A stretch of DNA of 64,000 nucleotides, from the NCBI GenBank assembly GCA_025594325.1, contig JANHCV010000003.1, forward strand, positions 1,364,001 to 1,428,000. The letters are read 5' to 3'. A program made the position numbers and the translations under genes. The DNA is from Blastocladiella emersonii ATCC 22665 (taxonomy: Eukaryota > Fungi > Blastocladiomycota). This document shows, one piece after another, positions 43,876 to 54,292 of the stretch (within the stretch, counting starts at the first letter, position 1; the number at the start of each line of letters is the position of its first letter). The notes beneath the pieces are model-generated. The model made no database searches. It had not been told where the DNA came from and saw only the letters and a program-made list of their open reading frames with translations.

Positions 43876-45544
43876 ATGATCGTGCGCCCCGACAACGGCG
43901 CCCTCCAGCAGCAGTCGATTGCCTTTGACGGTGGCTTCGCCCCCGCCGCCCAGTTCTCGACCGCCTCCGCCGCTACCGCGTCCGCCGCCTCGCCGCTCGG
44001 CGCTGCCTTCCCCGGCCTCGTCATCGTCGCGCTCGCCGTCGTCATCCCCATGGTACGCTCTGCTTGTCTCGTCGTGTCCTTGCTTGTCCTTCAAGTGTCG
44101 CTGACGCGCCCTCAACGACCAGGTCCTCGCCGCGTCCGTCGCCGGCTGCCTGTTCGGCCGCTCCGGCGGCAAGTCGCCCGCGGGCAGCCTGATGGCGAAG
44201 CGGTCCAGCAAGGACCGCGGCCTGCCGACCACGTCGCAGCCCATGGCGTCGCCCGCCTTCTCGCTGCAGGTGGCCATCCCGACCTCGTCGCTCATGGACG
44301 ACAAGTTGATTGACGCGGCCGCCAGCGGCAACACCAACCACCGGTACTCGTCGCCACCAGGCGGTTCTACGAGTTCGCCCGCGGTCGTCCCGCCGCCGCC
44401 CGCCGTCATCACGCGCAACGCCGCCGTCCAGGACACGCCCGTCAACCCGGCGCTCCTCGTGCAGCTGCTCCACTCGACGCTGCACAAGCAGCAGCAGCAA
44501 CAGCAGATGCAGGGCCAGACGCCGACCCCGCCCGATACCCCGACGCGCGCGCTCACGTCCTCGGGCTCGATCGCCGCCAGCATGGCGGGCGCGGGCGACG
44601 ACGCGGCCTCGGCGCTGTCCAAGCCGTCGACGGCGTTCCTGCGCGAGCGCCAGGGGTCGGTCGCCGCGGTCGCCGCGACGGGCGCCAACCTGATCCTGCC
44701 CGACAAGACGGTGCTCGTGCGCGGCAACTTTGACGTTCCCGGGATCCCGACCGCGCTGCCGCCAACCACCACCATGGGCGCCACGTACGGCGCGCGCCAC
44801 CTCGTCGCCGACTGGGACCACCTCTACCAGACGGTCCTCAAGGCGTGCACGCGCGCGACGCCGCTCGGCGGGCCCGGCGAGGAGATGGCCGCGTGGCGGC
44901 TGACGGGCCGCGTCGCGCACGAGCTGCTCGGCATGATGCGCGCGCTGACGTCGCGCGCCGCGGGCGAGTCGATCTGGGTCCCGCTCATCTACACGCACCA
45001 CGACGAGTACGTCAACCTGCCGCGCGCAACCCTGCTGCAGCCCGCCGAAATGTACCTCGCGGTCCACGAGCTCATGTACGACCGGCCCAAGGCCGACGCG
45101 GTCCAGGCCGCGCTCGCCGACCCGCTCGCCAAGTGCTCGCGCCGCCTGCACGACCTGTTCGCCGCCGTCAACGCGCCCGAGGAGCTCGCTTCGTCGATCG
45201 CCGCGTCGCTCCCCTGGGCCACCGTCGCCCTCCTCATCCGTGCCAAGCGGTACCGCCCGTCGCTCGCCTTCGTCGAGGTTTCGGGGACCGGGAGCCGCCC
45301 CGAGGCGCGCTGGATGGACGTGCTCAACGTCGGCGCCTTCCGCACCTCGGGCCGCGTCCTCGCCCGCTCGCCCATGTCGCCCACGACCCCCGGATCGCTC
45401 GCCGAGGCCGCGTCGTTGGCGGGCGCGTCTGACGTCGAGGAGTACGACCCGCTTACCACGGTCGCCGCCTTCGTCTGGCCCGGCGTCCTCGACCTCGCCG
45501 AGTCCCAGGTTCGGATCCGCGCGCGCGTTGTTGTCAGCGTGTAA
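43876..45544 (+). CDS. Hypothetical single-pass membrane protein (intron about 44052-44121)
   Basis: Exon 1 ends in a hydrophobic helix continued by exon 2 (GLVIVALAVVIPM|VLAASVAGCLFG). A low-complexity linker is followed by a helical C-terminal domain of about 250 aa ending FVWPGVL...IRARVVVSV*. Confidence 0.65.
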
Positions 45545-46876
45545 GCGCCACGGCGTGCGTGGTCGTGTCCAGTTTAGATGTGAGTGGTTTGTGTGGTTGA
45601 GCGGAGGAGCTTCTAATGTACAACACTTCTGTAACTCAAAACTCCCTCCTCGATGAGCCATTAGCACGTTCTTAAGTCGTGAGACCGAGACTTGGCGCGA
45701 GGAGTGAAGGTCGCGCGCGGTGGCTCAGCGTTGGTGGCGCAGCAGCCGTGAGACGCGTCGCTCTCCAATACGACGCGTGTCGACAGTTGACCCTGAACGG
45801 GTCCATGAAGCAAGTCCTTGCCTAAATTCATGCAATTCAACGAGAGCATCAGGTGCTCACACTCCGTGTACGGGAGGAGTCCGTGCAATCAGAGCGCTGA
45901 TCCCAAGACGCTTCCTCACGACGCAGCGATCGTGGACTGCTGAATCGACGGACAACAGTCCCGAGCCCACGTCTCCGCGTCGCAAGCGTCTTGGCCGCCA
46001 GGCGATCACACTGCCGATCTCGCACATCGCACCGCAGTCGTGAGGGGCAGGTTCTGCTGGTGCATCTCGAACATGAGCTGCCGCGAGTTCGTGGTCTCGT
46101 GCATGAAGCGACCCTTCCATGTCATCGCGCCGACCCTTCAGTGCTCCGAGCACTGGTTGCTGTGCGGTGTGGGTATGTGGCAAGGAAGTTCTAATCTGCA
46201 ACGATTCATGACCTCACGCGTCCAGTGGCAAGCAGCTCACCAGGCGGGCCATCATGAGTTGGATCACAAAGCGGGGAGAACGCTTGAAGAAACACCACTG
46301 TGGAGCTTTGACCACTTCAACCGCGCCGCCCGTGAGCTGGAGCGCGAACAAGCTGCACCATGATGAGGCGCACCGCGTCAAACGGTATGCAAGCTGCCCG
46401 CGTGCACCAGACCACCACTCTGATCACGAACGAGCGCCAGAGCAAGGACGCCGGCGCGTTGGACGCGACTTTCTCGCGGCTTGCGCTCGAGGCGACCAAG
46501 CGAACGATGAGCGGTGCACGTGTCCCCCGCAGCGGGGCGGAGTGCGGCGGAGCGTGTGGCGCAGCACGCCCGACGCTGCGGCCGCGGGCCCTTAATGAAA
46601 TTCGCGGGTGGCTTAGCGCAATGGCTTTAATGGGCGCCGCATCGTCCCTGTTGCGGCGGCGTCCCTGCCGCCCGCCCTCTTCAACGCTCGCTCCCCCCTC
46701 TCTCCCCTCGCTCGAACGTTATACATCGTCGGCTGAGCTGCGCTCGGTCCAACAACCCATACACCCCCGGTCGCCGTGCCCATCGTGGTCTCCGAGTTAC
46801 ACGCTAGACGTTTCTCCGCCCATCCTCCACGACTCTTCATCCCCTCTGAACCCGCTGCGCGAGACCCACCAAGAAG

Positions 46877-48208
46877 ATGAAGCTCCTCAACCTGCTCGTC
46901 GCGACCGCGTTCCTGGCGCTGGCGCCATCGACGGCCACGGCCAACGCCAAGCACGGCGGCGGCAACGGCGGCTACGGCAGCGGCGGCAACTCGGCCGTGG
47001 CGCCCCCTGCACCCACCAACGCGCCCGGCGGCGGCGGCTACGGCTACGGCTCGCCCAAGCCCAACCCGGTCGCCCCGCCGCCGCCCATGACGGCTGCGCC
47101 GGCGTACCCCATCGGCGGCGGCGAGAACGCGTCCGAGACCAACCCGCGGCCGCCGTCCGACTACGGCAACTCGCCGCCCGGCAGCCCCGACGAGTTCGAG
47201 TGCGTCGAGGACGAGGCCGGCGCCGGCGGCGTGCCGTCGCAGATCGCGCCGCCCATGACGGGCGGGCGTAGCGGCGGGACGTGCGGCTCAGCCGTCACGG
47301 TGACCTCCACGAACGTGATTACGTCCACCGCGGTTATCTCGACCACTTGCACGCTGACCACCACGCAGCTGGTCCCCACCACGGTCGTTTCGACGGCGCT
47401 GCGCACCATGGTCGAGACCAAGACTGCTACCGAGTTCAAAACGCAGCTGCGCACGGTCACCACCACCGCCACCGAGGTCAAGCGTGAGGTCGCCACGTCG
47501 GTCGTCACCATGACTCAGACCGCGTACGTCACGGAGACCAAGCGCGAGATTTCGACCATTCGGGAGACGTCCACGGTCCGGGAGACGATGACGGTGACTC
47601 AGTCGGCGTCAGCGTGCCCCGTGTCGTCCGTGATCCCGATCAACACGTCGGTCGCGCCGCCCGTGGCCTCGGAGCTGCCGATCGGCGTGCCGACGGGCAC
47701 CCCCGACGAGATGGAGTGCGTCGAGTGGGGCTGGGAGCCGATCCCGGCGCCGGTCCCCGCGCCCACGTCCACGGCCATAAGCGAGCCCGTCCCGACCATG
47801 CAGCCGCAGCCCCCGGCCAAGGGCGGCGACTACAGCTACGGCTCGCCCAAGCCCGCGCCCGCGCCCGTCATGCCCGCCCCCGCCAAGCCCATGCCGTCGC
47901 ACGGCTACGGCCAGCCCATGCCCGCCCCGCAGCCCCCGACCAGCGGCCACAACGGTGGCGGGTACGGCCAGCCGCAGCCGCCCAAGAACGGCGGTGGGTA
48001 CGGCCAGCCCCAGCCGCCCGCGGCCGGTGGTAACCACAACAGCAACGGCGGCGGCTACGGTCAGCCCCAGCCCCCGGCCAGCAACAACAACAACGGCGGC
48101 GGCTACGGCTACGGCGCGCCGCCCAAGAAGAGCGGCACCGTCGACGTGGTCGTCGGCCGCGACGGGAACAAGGTCCCCGACGCCGGCTACAGCTACGGCA
48201 CCTACTAA
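46877..48208 (+). CDS. Secreted Gly/Pro/Tyr-rich repetitive protein with a Thr/Val-rich core
   Basis: Signal peptide MKLLNLLVATAFLALAPSTA; repeats GGGYGQPQPP x3, G(G/D)Y(G/S)YG(S/A)PKP-like x3 and (P)DE(F/M)ECVE x2; host-like codon usage. Confidence 0.8.
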   Translation: MKLLNLLVATAFLALAPSTATANAKHGGGNGGYGSGGNSAVAPPAPTNAPGGGGYGYGSPKPNPVAPPPPMTAAPAYPIGGGENASETNPRPPSDYGNSPPGSPDEFECVEDEAGAGGVPSQIAPPMTGGRSGGTCGSAVTVTSTNVITSTAVISTTCTLTTTQLVPTTVVSTALRTMVETKTATEFKTQLRTVTTTATEVKREVATSVVTMTQTAYVTETKREISTIRETSTVRETMTVTQSASACPVSSVIPINTSVAPPVASELPIGVPTGTPDEMECVEWGWEPIPAPVPAPTSTAISEPVPTMQPQPPAKGGDYSYGSPKPAPAPVMPAPAKPMPSHGYGQPMPAPQPPTSGHNGGGYGQPQPPKNGGGYGQPQPPAAGGNHNSNGGGYGQPQPPASNNNNGGGYGYGAPPKKSGTVDVVVGRDGNKVPDAGYSYGTY

Positions 48209-48603
48209 ACGGTCCCGCGCCGGTCTTCGAGTGACGCCGGTCGGCCAGGTGTCGCGCTGATCGCACTGCTGCATGTTTGACTGATAGATGTCTTGATTTC
48301 TTCCATTTGCGTTAACTTGGAGAGGTCTTCATTCGCTTGCATCGTGTTGTGGGCGAGCGAGAGGGGAGCACGGCCCGCGAGAGACGCGTGCAGGTGAGAT
48401 CGGCGGCATCACGTGGTGCGAGGCGTGACCGCGTTGCGTCTCGCGCGTTGTCTCGCAGCACGAGCACTGACGTTTCTGAAGCCGTGCCAGCTTTGCCGTC
48501 GCCGTGAGAGATAGAAAAGAAGCGGTTTGATCATCGACAACATGCAACACATCGCACGACACGGGGATTCGGTCCTGCTTGGACCATGGCGACAGGACAC
48601 GAC

Positions 48604-49272
48604 TTACTCGCCGTCGCGGTGGTAGAGGAACGGATGCCGAAGATCATGCTGCATGAGAATGGCGTGGAAGAGATAGTCGGGCGTGTACGCCATGTGGCCG
48701 CCCGCAAACGCGTCCGCGTCCGTCTCGTCGCCCGCAATAATGATCGCGCTCCGAATCCTACCCTTGACGAAATCGCGCACTTGCCCGGCGGGATCCCCGC
48801 CACCGAGGAGCACCAGCGTCTTGAGGTAGGTGACCGGGTACCCGGTGCCGGCCAGGGGCACGATCTTCTGGTTGTTGAAGACGTTGCCGTGCGTGACCTC
48901 GCGCGCGCGACGGGACCCCTCGGCAAAGCGGCGGAATGGGTCGACGGGCATGGCGAGCGTGCCGACCGTCAGGCACGTCTCGAGCCAGCTGATCTCGGCA
49001 ACGTCGATGCCGCGGGTCACGGCCTTGAGCACGTCGTCGGTCACGCCCTCGCCGTCCACGTCGTGGTACACGACGAGATCTGGGTTGTCGTCGAGGCTGT
49101 TGACGATGCAGGCGGGCCCGCCGGCCGGAAAGAGGTGCAGGTATCGGCGCGGCAACACATTCGAGAGGAAGACCTTGTAGTTGGGCAACGGGAGCGATTG
49201 GACGAGCGCAATGATCTCGTCGCCCGAACGGAGCTGCGAGAGCTCGGCCATGATGTCGCGGTCAGATTGCAT
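48604..49272 (-). CDS. Stand-alone tandem BRCT-domain protein (MDC1/PAXIP1-type repeat pair)
   Basis: KVFLSNV...VLKAVTRGIDVAEISWLETCL..G...RRARE...VFNNQKIV...LVLLGGG...YTPDYLFHAILMQH, matching the BRCT W..C motif and the GG motif of a second repeat. Confidence 0.65.
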   Translation of the reverse strand: MQSDRDIMAELSQLRSGDEIIALVQSLPLPNYKVFLSNVLPRRYLHLFPAGGPACIVNSLDDNPDLVVYHDVDGEGVTDDVLKAVTRGIDVAEISWLETCLTVGTLAMPVDPFRRFAEGSRRAREVTHGNVFNNQKIVPLAGTGYPVTYLKTLVLLGGGDPAGQVRDFVKGRIRSAIIIAGDETDADAFAGGHMAYTPDYLFHAILMQHDLRHPFLYHRDGE

Positions 49273-49531
49273 GGTGTTACGTTGCAGTACAAGCCTTCGT
49301 TCGTGTGAGGGGAATATGGGGGAAGGGCAGCTCGCGAGGAACGCGTTCAGAGAGGATCGGCGGCCGCACGTGCGCCAGAACGCGTCGCGTTTCGAGCCTG
49401 CATGCAGCCAGGGGTGATGCAGCGCGTGTCCTCACCTCAACCAAGCAAGGCTCGCTTCGCCTAAATCGATCCAAGTGTGTAAAGGTTCCAACTAGAGTAC
49501 ATTCCATTCAAAACCGCCTCACCCACCCTCC

Positions 49532-51297
49532 TCACGCCGCCGCATTCGCAACCGTCCGCTGCCGCGCCGCCTCGAGGCGGTCACGGCGCACCGCGTCCAT
49601 CTCGCGTGCGCGGTGCCAGGTGGCGGACGTGACGTGCGACTCGCCACGCGCGCGGCCGAGCATGCGGGCGAGGGCGAGATGCCAGTGGAGCTGCGCAGGG
49701 CCGGGCGCCTCGAGCGACATCTCGTTGGGTTCCGCGCCCGCGGCGGCAGGGACGGAGTTCCGGTCGGCGACGTACGCGGCCTCGATTTCGGCCTGCAGTG
49801 CGGGGTCGGCGGACATGAGGCACGGCGCCTTGGCGGGCGACGTGAGCCAGGTCCAGTACGCGCGAGCGAGGGCGACATCAGCGGTGGTCGCGGGGGACGG
49901 CGACGGGCAGTGCGGGACGTTGGCGCCGCGCGGGAGCAGGCCGCGCAGGCCCACGCTGCACACGACGCTGGCGTAGCGCGTCGGAACCGAGATGGGCGTG
50001 TACGGGAAGGTGTAGGGGAGCTCGCGGGTGCGCAGGACGGCGGTCAGGACCGACAGGTTCTCCATGGCTACCCGACATGGCGAGTCAGTGGCGGTCGATG
50101 TGCAAAAGCGAGAAAGATGTACGAACCCTTCTGGTTGAGGTGCCCCTCGGTCATGGCCTCCTCGTCAATAACGAGCAGCGTGCCCTCAGCGAGCTGGAGC
50201 GGCGACGAAAGGACACCGAGCTCCTCGTCCTCCTCCTCGAGACTCATTGGCGCCGGCGTCTCGCCCTCCTCCGCAGCCGTCGCATCAGCACCGGCGACAC
50301 GCGGCGCGAGCGGACCGCCGTGGAGCAGCTCGCGCGTGAGCGGGAGGTTCACGACGGAGGACCCGAGCAGGTCGCGCACGGTCGCAGCCCACGTCTCAGT
50401 CGGGCGCCAGCCCAGGACGCCGAGCGGGAGGTGGTGCGGCCAGTTCTCCTGGTCGCCGACGACCTTCGACGCGGGCGCCACGGCAGCGGCGGCGTGCAGG
50501 AGCAGCAGCTCGGCGAAAAGGCGGTCGCCGTCGAGGGTGCCGGCGAGCAGCGTGATGAGCGCCTCGCGACCCGCCTCGAGCTGGTCGGCAGCGAGGGCGG
50601 GCGTCGATGCGGCAGGGACGACCGAGACGACGTGCAGGGAAGGGACGGGGAGCGGCGTGGCCTCGGCGTCGGCGTGGGCCGGGTAGACGGACTCGAGGAC
50701 GCCGATCACGTTGACGACGGAGCCGACGGTCGGCATCTCGAGCTCGGTGTCCCCACTGCCCTTGGCCTCGCGCGCCGTGGGCGACGCGGCGCGGGTCGGC
50801 GAGACGAGCGAGCGCGGGTACAGCTTGGCGACGACGGCCTGGTGCGCCGCGCCGCGCACGGGGTACTTGTCGGGGTGTACGCCGGGCATGGCGACCTCGG
50901 CGGGGACCGCATCAGTGCCGGGGACCGTGACGAGGTAGACGGGCTGGCGGTGGCCGTACGCGGCGATGCGGGTGCGGCCCGACAGGATCGACTCGGGGAG
51001 TACATCCCGGAGGTAGCCCGAGGCGGTAATCCCGTCCGCGGGGTTGGTCCAGGCGAGCGGGTAGATCTGCGACTGCAGCGACGTGTCCTGGACCATGCCA
51101 CGGAAGTGGACGAGCTTGCCGTCGTGGGCGGGCAGGTCGGCGTGCGCGATCGCGGAGAGGGCGGGGATCCGCGCGGCGGCGCTGTCGAGGCGGAGCAGGT
51201 CGGTCAGCGTCGAGGCGGCCTCGCCGAGCGACGCGTGCGCGGCGAGCCAGGTGCGCGGGTCCTCGGTGGCGCGCGTCAGGTCCGTGCTCGGTGACAT
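49532..51297 (-). CDS. MCMBP: Mini-chromosome maintenance complex-binding protein (2 exons)
   Basis: KLVHFRGMVQD, RQPVYLVTVPG, HPDKYP, LAGTLDGDRLFAELLLLH, LSSPLQLAEGTLLVIDE..M.EG.LNQ and LHWHLALARM...W..A.EMD...R. Intron about 50066-50117 with a GTTCGT donor. Confidence 0.9.
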
Positions 51298-52507
51298 GGT
51301 TCGTTTGCTTCGTCGGATCGTGCGATGGGGAGGGAGAGGGAGAGGAGACGGGACGATCCGTGTGGGACGAGACGAGGTCGCTCCGACCCCCGCGGCTGCT
51401 CGCGTGACGCGCGCCTGTGACGCACACACAAGTCCGCGAGCAGTTCCCTTACCGCGAGCCTTCGCTTTTCCCCCTCTCCCTTGCCGCGATCCCCACGAGC
51501 GAAGCGCTCGGCGACATGAGAGACCAACAACTTGGCGCACGCCGCGGAGGCAGGGCCGCTTGAGTTGGCCGGGCAACCTTGTTGGGAGAAAAGCTTGGTG
51601 GCCGCGGCCGCGGTGGCCTTCACAACCTCGTGGGCCGCGTGGCCCTGGGCGAGCCGCAGCGGCCGGCATCACGCCGAATTCGACGATGCGAGGGCAAAGT
51701 TTCTGCGGCGGTCCGATCCGGCGCCGGCGCCGCCGCCACGCTCGCGACCGAAGTTTGGCGGCGCTCAGCAGAGCAGGGCAGCGGCGGTGATGGTGGGGAC
51801 TTCGCCACCGCCTCGCACTGAACTCGTCGAGCCGCGCGCACCCCTCTCCCTCTCCCCTCGCCACCCCCATACCAACGGCAACGGAAGTCCTCACTGCGGG
51901 CAAACTACGACGCAGTCCGAGTGAGCGTGACCCAGCGATTCCCTGCCCGCGCCGTGCTGTTCGCGAGCGACCAACCTGACGCACGCTGCTGCGGCCTGCC
52001 CCGACCCCGCTGCCTGGCCGCCCTGCTTGTTACACACAAGCTTTCCGCTGCCCCCGCTCGCTCGCTGTCCCCTCTCTCCCTCGCCGCGCTGCACGGCCCG
52101 CACTCGGCGCAGCGTCGACCTCCGGCCCCTCTGGTACTGCTCGCCCCGTCCTCATGGCCTTGCTCGGGTTGCCGCGCGCGGTGGCGCCGGCTGCACTGCA
52201 TACGCCACCCGACGTCGCTGGTCTGGTCGCTGCACTGCCCTCCTCGTCTGCTGCCGACGCTTCGTTGCCCGACGAGCTGCCGTATCGAAGCCTAGTCCCG
52301 TCTATTCTCGGACGAGCGCTCTAGTCTTGGCAGCGACCGACCTTGCCCCGTCGTCTGTGCTGCTCATGCTGCGACCCGACCCGCGCCACTTCGCACGCCC
52401 GCTCTCAACTCTCCCCTCCCTCCTCGCCTCGTTGCTAACGGATTCACGTACTCGCAGCCCGCCCTGTCTCTAGTCGCTAGACCGTGCACCTGATCACCCT
52501 CCCCATC

Positions 52508-54007
52508 ATGGCGCCGCTCGCCCGCCGGTCCGCGCTCCTCGTCCTGGCCGCGCTGGCCGTCGCGCTGCTCGCCGTGTCCATGGGCCCGTCGCCCATTGCC
52601 GCGCAGAACACGCCCGCGCCGACGCCGCCGCCCACCACGTCCTCGACGCCGACGACCACGTCCTCGTCGCGGACCACCTCGTCGACCACGTCGACCACCT
52701 CCTCGTCTTCGTCCGCCTCGACGCCCACGTCGTCGGCGACCACGACCACGCCCACCACGACCACGCCGACCACCACCTCGGCGTCCTCGACGACCACCAC
52801 CACCACGACCACCACCTCGCGCAGCACGACTTCGACCACGGTCCAGGTCACGTCGACGAGCCTGCTGAACGGCACCCCCACCACCATCGTGTTCCCGTCC
52901 GTGGTCGCAGTCCCCGTCGACGAGTCGGGCGGCCTGCTGTCGAACCCGACCTTCTGGGGCGTCGGCGGCGCCATCGTCGGCGCCCTAGCCCTCGTCGCCG
53001 GGTCCGTGTGCTTCCTGCGCGCGCGCAACCGTAACCGCCGCAACGACCGCGTCTACCGCCCCGGCGCGGGCTCGGGGTACGACGGGCCGGGCGCTGCCGG
53101 TTCCGGCGCCGCCGCCAATGGTGGCGGCCGCGCGTTCCAGCCGGGTCTCGGCGCCGCGGCCACCGGCCCGCAGTCGGCCATGATGGGCCTCAACAACAAC
53201 GCGCCGCGCCCGTCCTTTTCGTCGGGCAACCCGGGCGCCGCGGCGACTGGGTACAAGCCCGGGACCGACGCGTACGGGTCGGGCGTCGTGACGCTCGTCG
53301 AGCTCTCGGACTCGCCCAACGGTGGTCCGCCGAACGGCATGGACTCGCCCGCCATGAACCCGTACACGGCCCCGCCGCCGCCGTTCGGCAAGGCCGGGTA
53401 CGGCGCGTCGCCGCAGATGAACCCGTACGGCCCGCCCGCCGGTGTCCCGCCGCCCATGGGCGGTGGCCCGGGCATGATGCAGCAGCAGGGGTACGCCGAC
53501 CCGCACGCCGAGTACGACTACGGGTACGGCCCGGGCCCGAACGGCCCGCCCGGCCCTGGCGGGTACGGCGACGCGATCCAGTTCGCGCCGACCTTCGACC
53601 GCCCCGACATGCTCCCCGTCGACCCCTCGGGCCAGGTCCCGCCACCGGGCATGGCGTACCGCGTCAACCCGCACACGCTGCAGCGCGAGCTGTACTACCT
53701 CCCGCCGAGCGAGGACCCGCAGTACGGCGGCGGCAGTGCGCCCGGTACCATGGCCACGCACACGACGGGCGGCAGCAGCGGCGCCGGCAGTGGGATGTAC
53801 CCGGCGACGGCCGGCGGCCAGATGTACGCGCCGCCGGGCTCTGCGGGCCACCCGGGCGCCGCGGCCCAGGGGCAGTACGGCCAGCAGCACAACCGCACGC
53901 TTTCGACGGGCTCGGACGAGTACCACCTCCAGCACCGGACCGGGTCGCCTGGGCCCAACGTGCCGGGGACTACGCGCCGGTTGGCGCTGCCCGGCGGCGG
54001 GCAGTAA
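52508..54007 (+). CDS. Mid2/Wsc-like type-I cell-surface sensor (signal peptide, S/T stalk, one TM, Pro/Gly/Tyr-rich tail)
   Basis: MAPLARRSALLVLAALAVALLAV signal; about 70-aa S/T tract; TM GVGGAIVGALALVAGSVCFL followed by RARNRNRR; cytoplasmic tail with many PPxY-like and Tyr motifs. Confidence 0.75.
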   Translation: MAPLARRSALLVLAALAVALLAVSMGPSPIAAQNTPAPTPPPTTSSTPTTTSSSRTTSSTTSTTSSSSSASTPTSSATTTTPTTTTPTTTSASSTTTTTTTTTSRSTTSTTVQVTSTSLLNGTPTTIVFPSVVAVPVDESGGLLSNPTFWGVGGAIVGALALVAGSVCFLRARNRNRRNDRVYRPGAGSGYDGPGAAGSGAAANGGGRAFQPGLGAAATGPQSAMMGLNNNAPRPSFSSGNPGAAATGYKPGTDAYGSGVVTLVELSDSPNGGPPNGMDSPAMNPYTAPPPPFGKAGYGASPQMNPYGPPAGVPPPMGGGPGMMQQQGYADPHAEYDYGYGPGPNGPPGPGGYGDAIQFAPTFDRPDMLPVDPSGQVPPPGMAYRVNPHTLQRELYYLPPSEDPQYGGGSAPGTMATHTTGGSSGAGSGMYPATAGGQMYAPPGSAGHPGAAAQGQYGQQHNRTLSTGSDEYHLQHRTGSPGPNVPGTTRRLALPGGGQ

Positions 54008-54292
54008 CGTGTGTTTTTGACGAGTGTCAAGTTTTGTCGATCTTCCTTCCTTCGTTTCCATCTGTACTCTTCCCGATCCCTCCCCCACGCACGCTATTTT
54101 GCTACACATACACGCGCTCCAGCGCTCGCTTCCTCTCAGGATTCGGACGAACGGACCAGGCAGGAGGGTTGAGCAATCAAAAGGACTAGTGTGTAGTAAG
54201 AATTTTCAGCAAGGGAAGGAAGTCACATCAACAACATCAACGAACACGACGACAGCGAGAGAGTTGCCCGACACGAGCAACCGGCGACGCGC

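Noticed and set aside
45713-45790. TGGCTCAGCGTTGG resembles a tRNA D-arm/A-box
   Set aside because: No TTC loop or B-box follows, and there is no acceptor-stem pairing.
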